A stretch of DNA of 63,967 nt, counting the filler, from Choristocarpus tenellus KU-1152 (Eukaryota; Protista; Phaeophyceae), in NCBI GenBank assembly GCA_964200185.2. It is 9 parts of 9 records of this genome, joined end to end, with 100 filler letters (N's around TTAATTAATTAA, not from the genome) between each part and the next. Parts side by side here need not be neighbours in the genome. Positions count along the whole stretch, not along the records: positions 61,197 to 63,967 come from CAXNAD020024889.1; 8 more parts are not named here. The stretch is one strand, 5' to 3'. Under the pieces are notes generated by a model that was not told where the DNA came from, made no database searches, and saw nothing but the letters and a program-made list of their open reading frames with translations. Positions 61,197 through 63,967 of this stretch are shown here, one piece after another. Both the position numbers and the translations under genes were made by a program. Positions within the stretch are counted from its first letter, which is position 1, and each line of letters starts with the position of its first letter.

Positions 61197-62499
61197 ATTA
61201 TTAAATTGTTTCTTCTACAGAATCTTCTTTTACACATGAATAAAAAGCATATTCTTAACAGAGAGTCATAAACATATTCTTTGAAAATATTAGTCAGTTT
61301 GTAGAAATACACACACGGCATACAACGGATTCGATAGGAGTAACTGTAAACGCACCTCAGGGTTTCAATAAACCCTAATCCACTAAAGATCGTGTTTAGG
61401 GTTTATTTAAACCATATGTAGCATAAAGAAGTGACTCTTACGTTTCTGCAGCAGAACACCATCCTCATAGCCCCGCTCCATCCTCAATTTTGAAAATCCT
61501 CTATTAAATGGAGAGGGTAACATGTCCTTGTACTCGGTACAACGTAGTATATACCAAAAATGGATCGTTCTTCTCTTCAAAATAGTTGTAGCTGGACTTG
61601 AGTGAGTTGCCAGCATGAAGCACATGCCCAAGGAAGGGCATGCATTCAAGGTTATGTTGCTGTGTGTGGTTGGGATGTATGTGGAGTTCTTCGCATAGTA
61701 TTATCTTGAAACCCTCACTTTCAATTTTTCACCATGATTGGGAGGCATGGTGATACTATTTATTGTAACGTCGAATATAAAAATACGTACTACGACCGTA
61801 CCTATTATTGTGCACTTTTCAATTTTCAACAACTGAGTATACCGATCATTTTTTTTGTGGTAGTTCAAGTATTTTTCTTGTGTTGATCTCCACCCTCCTT
61901 GTCCAACTGCATCATATATTTTCGTAGAAAAGGGGTGCATACTCAATTGTACATCCACCTCTCTCTACTTTTTTTTATGTTGCAATACAGTTTGAGTACG
62001 ATAGGTCTCTTTTCCGTACAGATCTAAAAAATTACCAAACTACTGCTACGATATATTTATTTTTTATACAGTACAAATGTCCAACGAATGTGTGATTATT
62101 TCGATGGCATGTATTTGTCGAAGTGATGACCCTTTCACTTAGTTCAGGAAATACCTTACTCTTCGATGTTTAATTAATAATGTTGAGAGTACAGGTACTC
62201 TAATTAGTAAGTGTTGTCCCTGTATCTTTTGCATCAACGAGAACTGTTACTTTTGCGGGGTTCCTTATCATATAGGTTTGGTTTTCCTTGATGCATCTGC
62301 AAAATGTCAAAGGGCATAATAACATACAGTCCCTTTATCGTTTATCTTACTACTTCCGTGTGTTACTTATCCAGGTGGAGATCGGCTTGTGTGTATTCCT
62401 TAATTGCGTTATTGTCTTTTAACAATTATAAACAACCAATTTGTCCATACATCTATATATTGAGCACCTTCTTCCTCCCTCTGGGAAAGGCCTTCCCTT

Positions 62500-62700
62500 G
62501 CCCCCAGGAGAACTCAAGGTCACCCTTCCATTGCCTTTGCTACAGCAAAGCCCCGTAGAGCTCCAAGATCCCAAACAAAACACACCACACTGATCGTTCT
62601 CTGAATAGCATCGACAAGTCAAATGCAGTAAAGGGTCGATAGAACTGAAATGCTGCGACGAGTACAAGTACAATACTTGGTACCAAGATTCCCTGTCTTG
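62500..62700 (+). mobile_element. Possible degenerate Ty1/copia RNase H relic
   Basis: Frameshifted fragments QEN, QTKHTTL, KGSIELKCC and LGTKI follow the order of copia EDN...RTKHI...G.I.L......AD..TK. Confidence 0.35.
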
Positions 62701-63878
62701 ATATCACATAGCACACAATTAGAGTTCTGCACTACCTTACGATCAGGTGTCCTACGCTAAATGACAAGGAGCTAATAAGTAAACCCCAGCCACATCACCA
62801 GCAATACCTAGGTTCTATTACCACCTGAGTTGTGGAAGTGTTCGCACTGACATGAGCTGAGAATAATACCATCTTTGGTCTGAGTCAGGACAGAGCAAAG
62901 CACAAGTACTAGTTGGAGTTATCATTTGCAACATAGAGAGAATAATGATTTGATGCTATCTCCCTGGGGAGTGATGGGTGATGTTGTATATACTTCAACA
63001 AAGATGAAAACTATTGGATCGCTGTGTCTTCTAGGGCCCAATGCACTTCTTCCTTCACTGCCTACAAAGCAAGACATTATTATCGTTCTCCAGTCACAAA
63101 CGTATAGTAGCGATAGTAGTAATGCGAACAAGATTATGATAAGTATTCAAGCACGATGTCAGCAGGCGGTTTATAAGAAGCAAGCACAGACAGTGCGTGA
63201 GACTGTGAGATGCTCCATTCACAATAAATATATACTTTGGAGTATGAGATACTTCAAACTTCAACAACAGTCATACCACATTAAACTATTTATTATTATG
63301 CCCTCTGACATTTTGCAGATGTGTCAGCGGGGAAACAAATTAAAACTATACATATGTCAGTATAAGTAAGCCCTAAAGAAATAAAATATCATAAATGTGA
63401 AAAACACTATAAAATACTGTAAGTGTGAAAAACACTAACCGCTATCATTACTGTACTACTGCGTTCCTGTGCTTTCCATCTACCTACTCCTGTGCCCTAT
63501 TATTTCATATCATTTTTTTTACTATTAGCATCATTTTTTTTTCCGTTGTGAGTCCCGAGATGGAAAAGTGTTACATGATATTGTGCTAGAAACACTTGGC
63601 GAAAGATGAAACTCACTTCTGTCTCTATGCAGGTTAACTACCACATGTGAGCAGGAGTGAGCGGGTGGACGCTTCGTGATAATCAAGCATAATGCACTGA
63701 AAGTATACATCTCTGATTGAAATAAACTTTTCACCAAGCCCCCTACCCACCTACCCACTCGAACAGTAACAGGTGATGATATACAAAACTATATGGTGGA
63801 CATCGTATATAGATAGGTGGCAAGGAGATACATGCCAATAACACCCAGCCTTGAAAGTGCTACTACCGACTTCATGTG

Positions 63879-63967
63879 ATAGTAGTAGTAGTAGTAGTTA
63901 ACAGCGGATCATGATAATGGCGGATGGATCATTTCATGGAGGATGGGTTTGACCGAAATGGTGCGCG
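63879..63967 (-). repeat. End of young dispersed repeat plus adjoining (CTA)n tract
   Basis: 63899-63967 is the exact reverse complement of 25341-25409, adjoined by about six GTA units. Confidence 0.9.

Overview
This is eukaryotic, intron-rich nuclear DNA. Gene content suggests a photosynthetic ochrophyte, probably a brown alga or close relative (inference). The window is not one locus: nine short contigs are joined by eight artificial 100-bp linkers (N44-TTAATTAATTAA-N44), so neighbourhoods across linkers are meaningless. Complete spliced genes I could rebuild by hand with consistent exon phase are MED6 (-), RPL13A/uL13 (+, head-to-head with MED6), organellar bL17 (-) and RPS13/uS15 (-, with a GC-AG intron). 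Partial genes are DDX3/DED1 helicase (-), one Z-ISO exon, a CCDC112-like gene, a membrane-anchored tyrosinase-like gene and a multi-pass membrane protein of the brown-algal adhesin/polymorphic-membrane-protein type. Non-coding DNA carries two or three related MITE-like families sharing a terminal AAAGTATCT..GAGGG motif, including one copy nested in another with 3-bp TSDs. It also holds a young 69-bp perfectly duplicated repeat end, a decayed ankyrin-repeat pseudogene of the giant-virus/algal type, other TE relics, microsatellites and poly-G tracts with assembly artefacts. I did not find a convincing new multi-gene system. The best leads are the MITE group, the membrane tyrosinase and the ankyrin relic.
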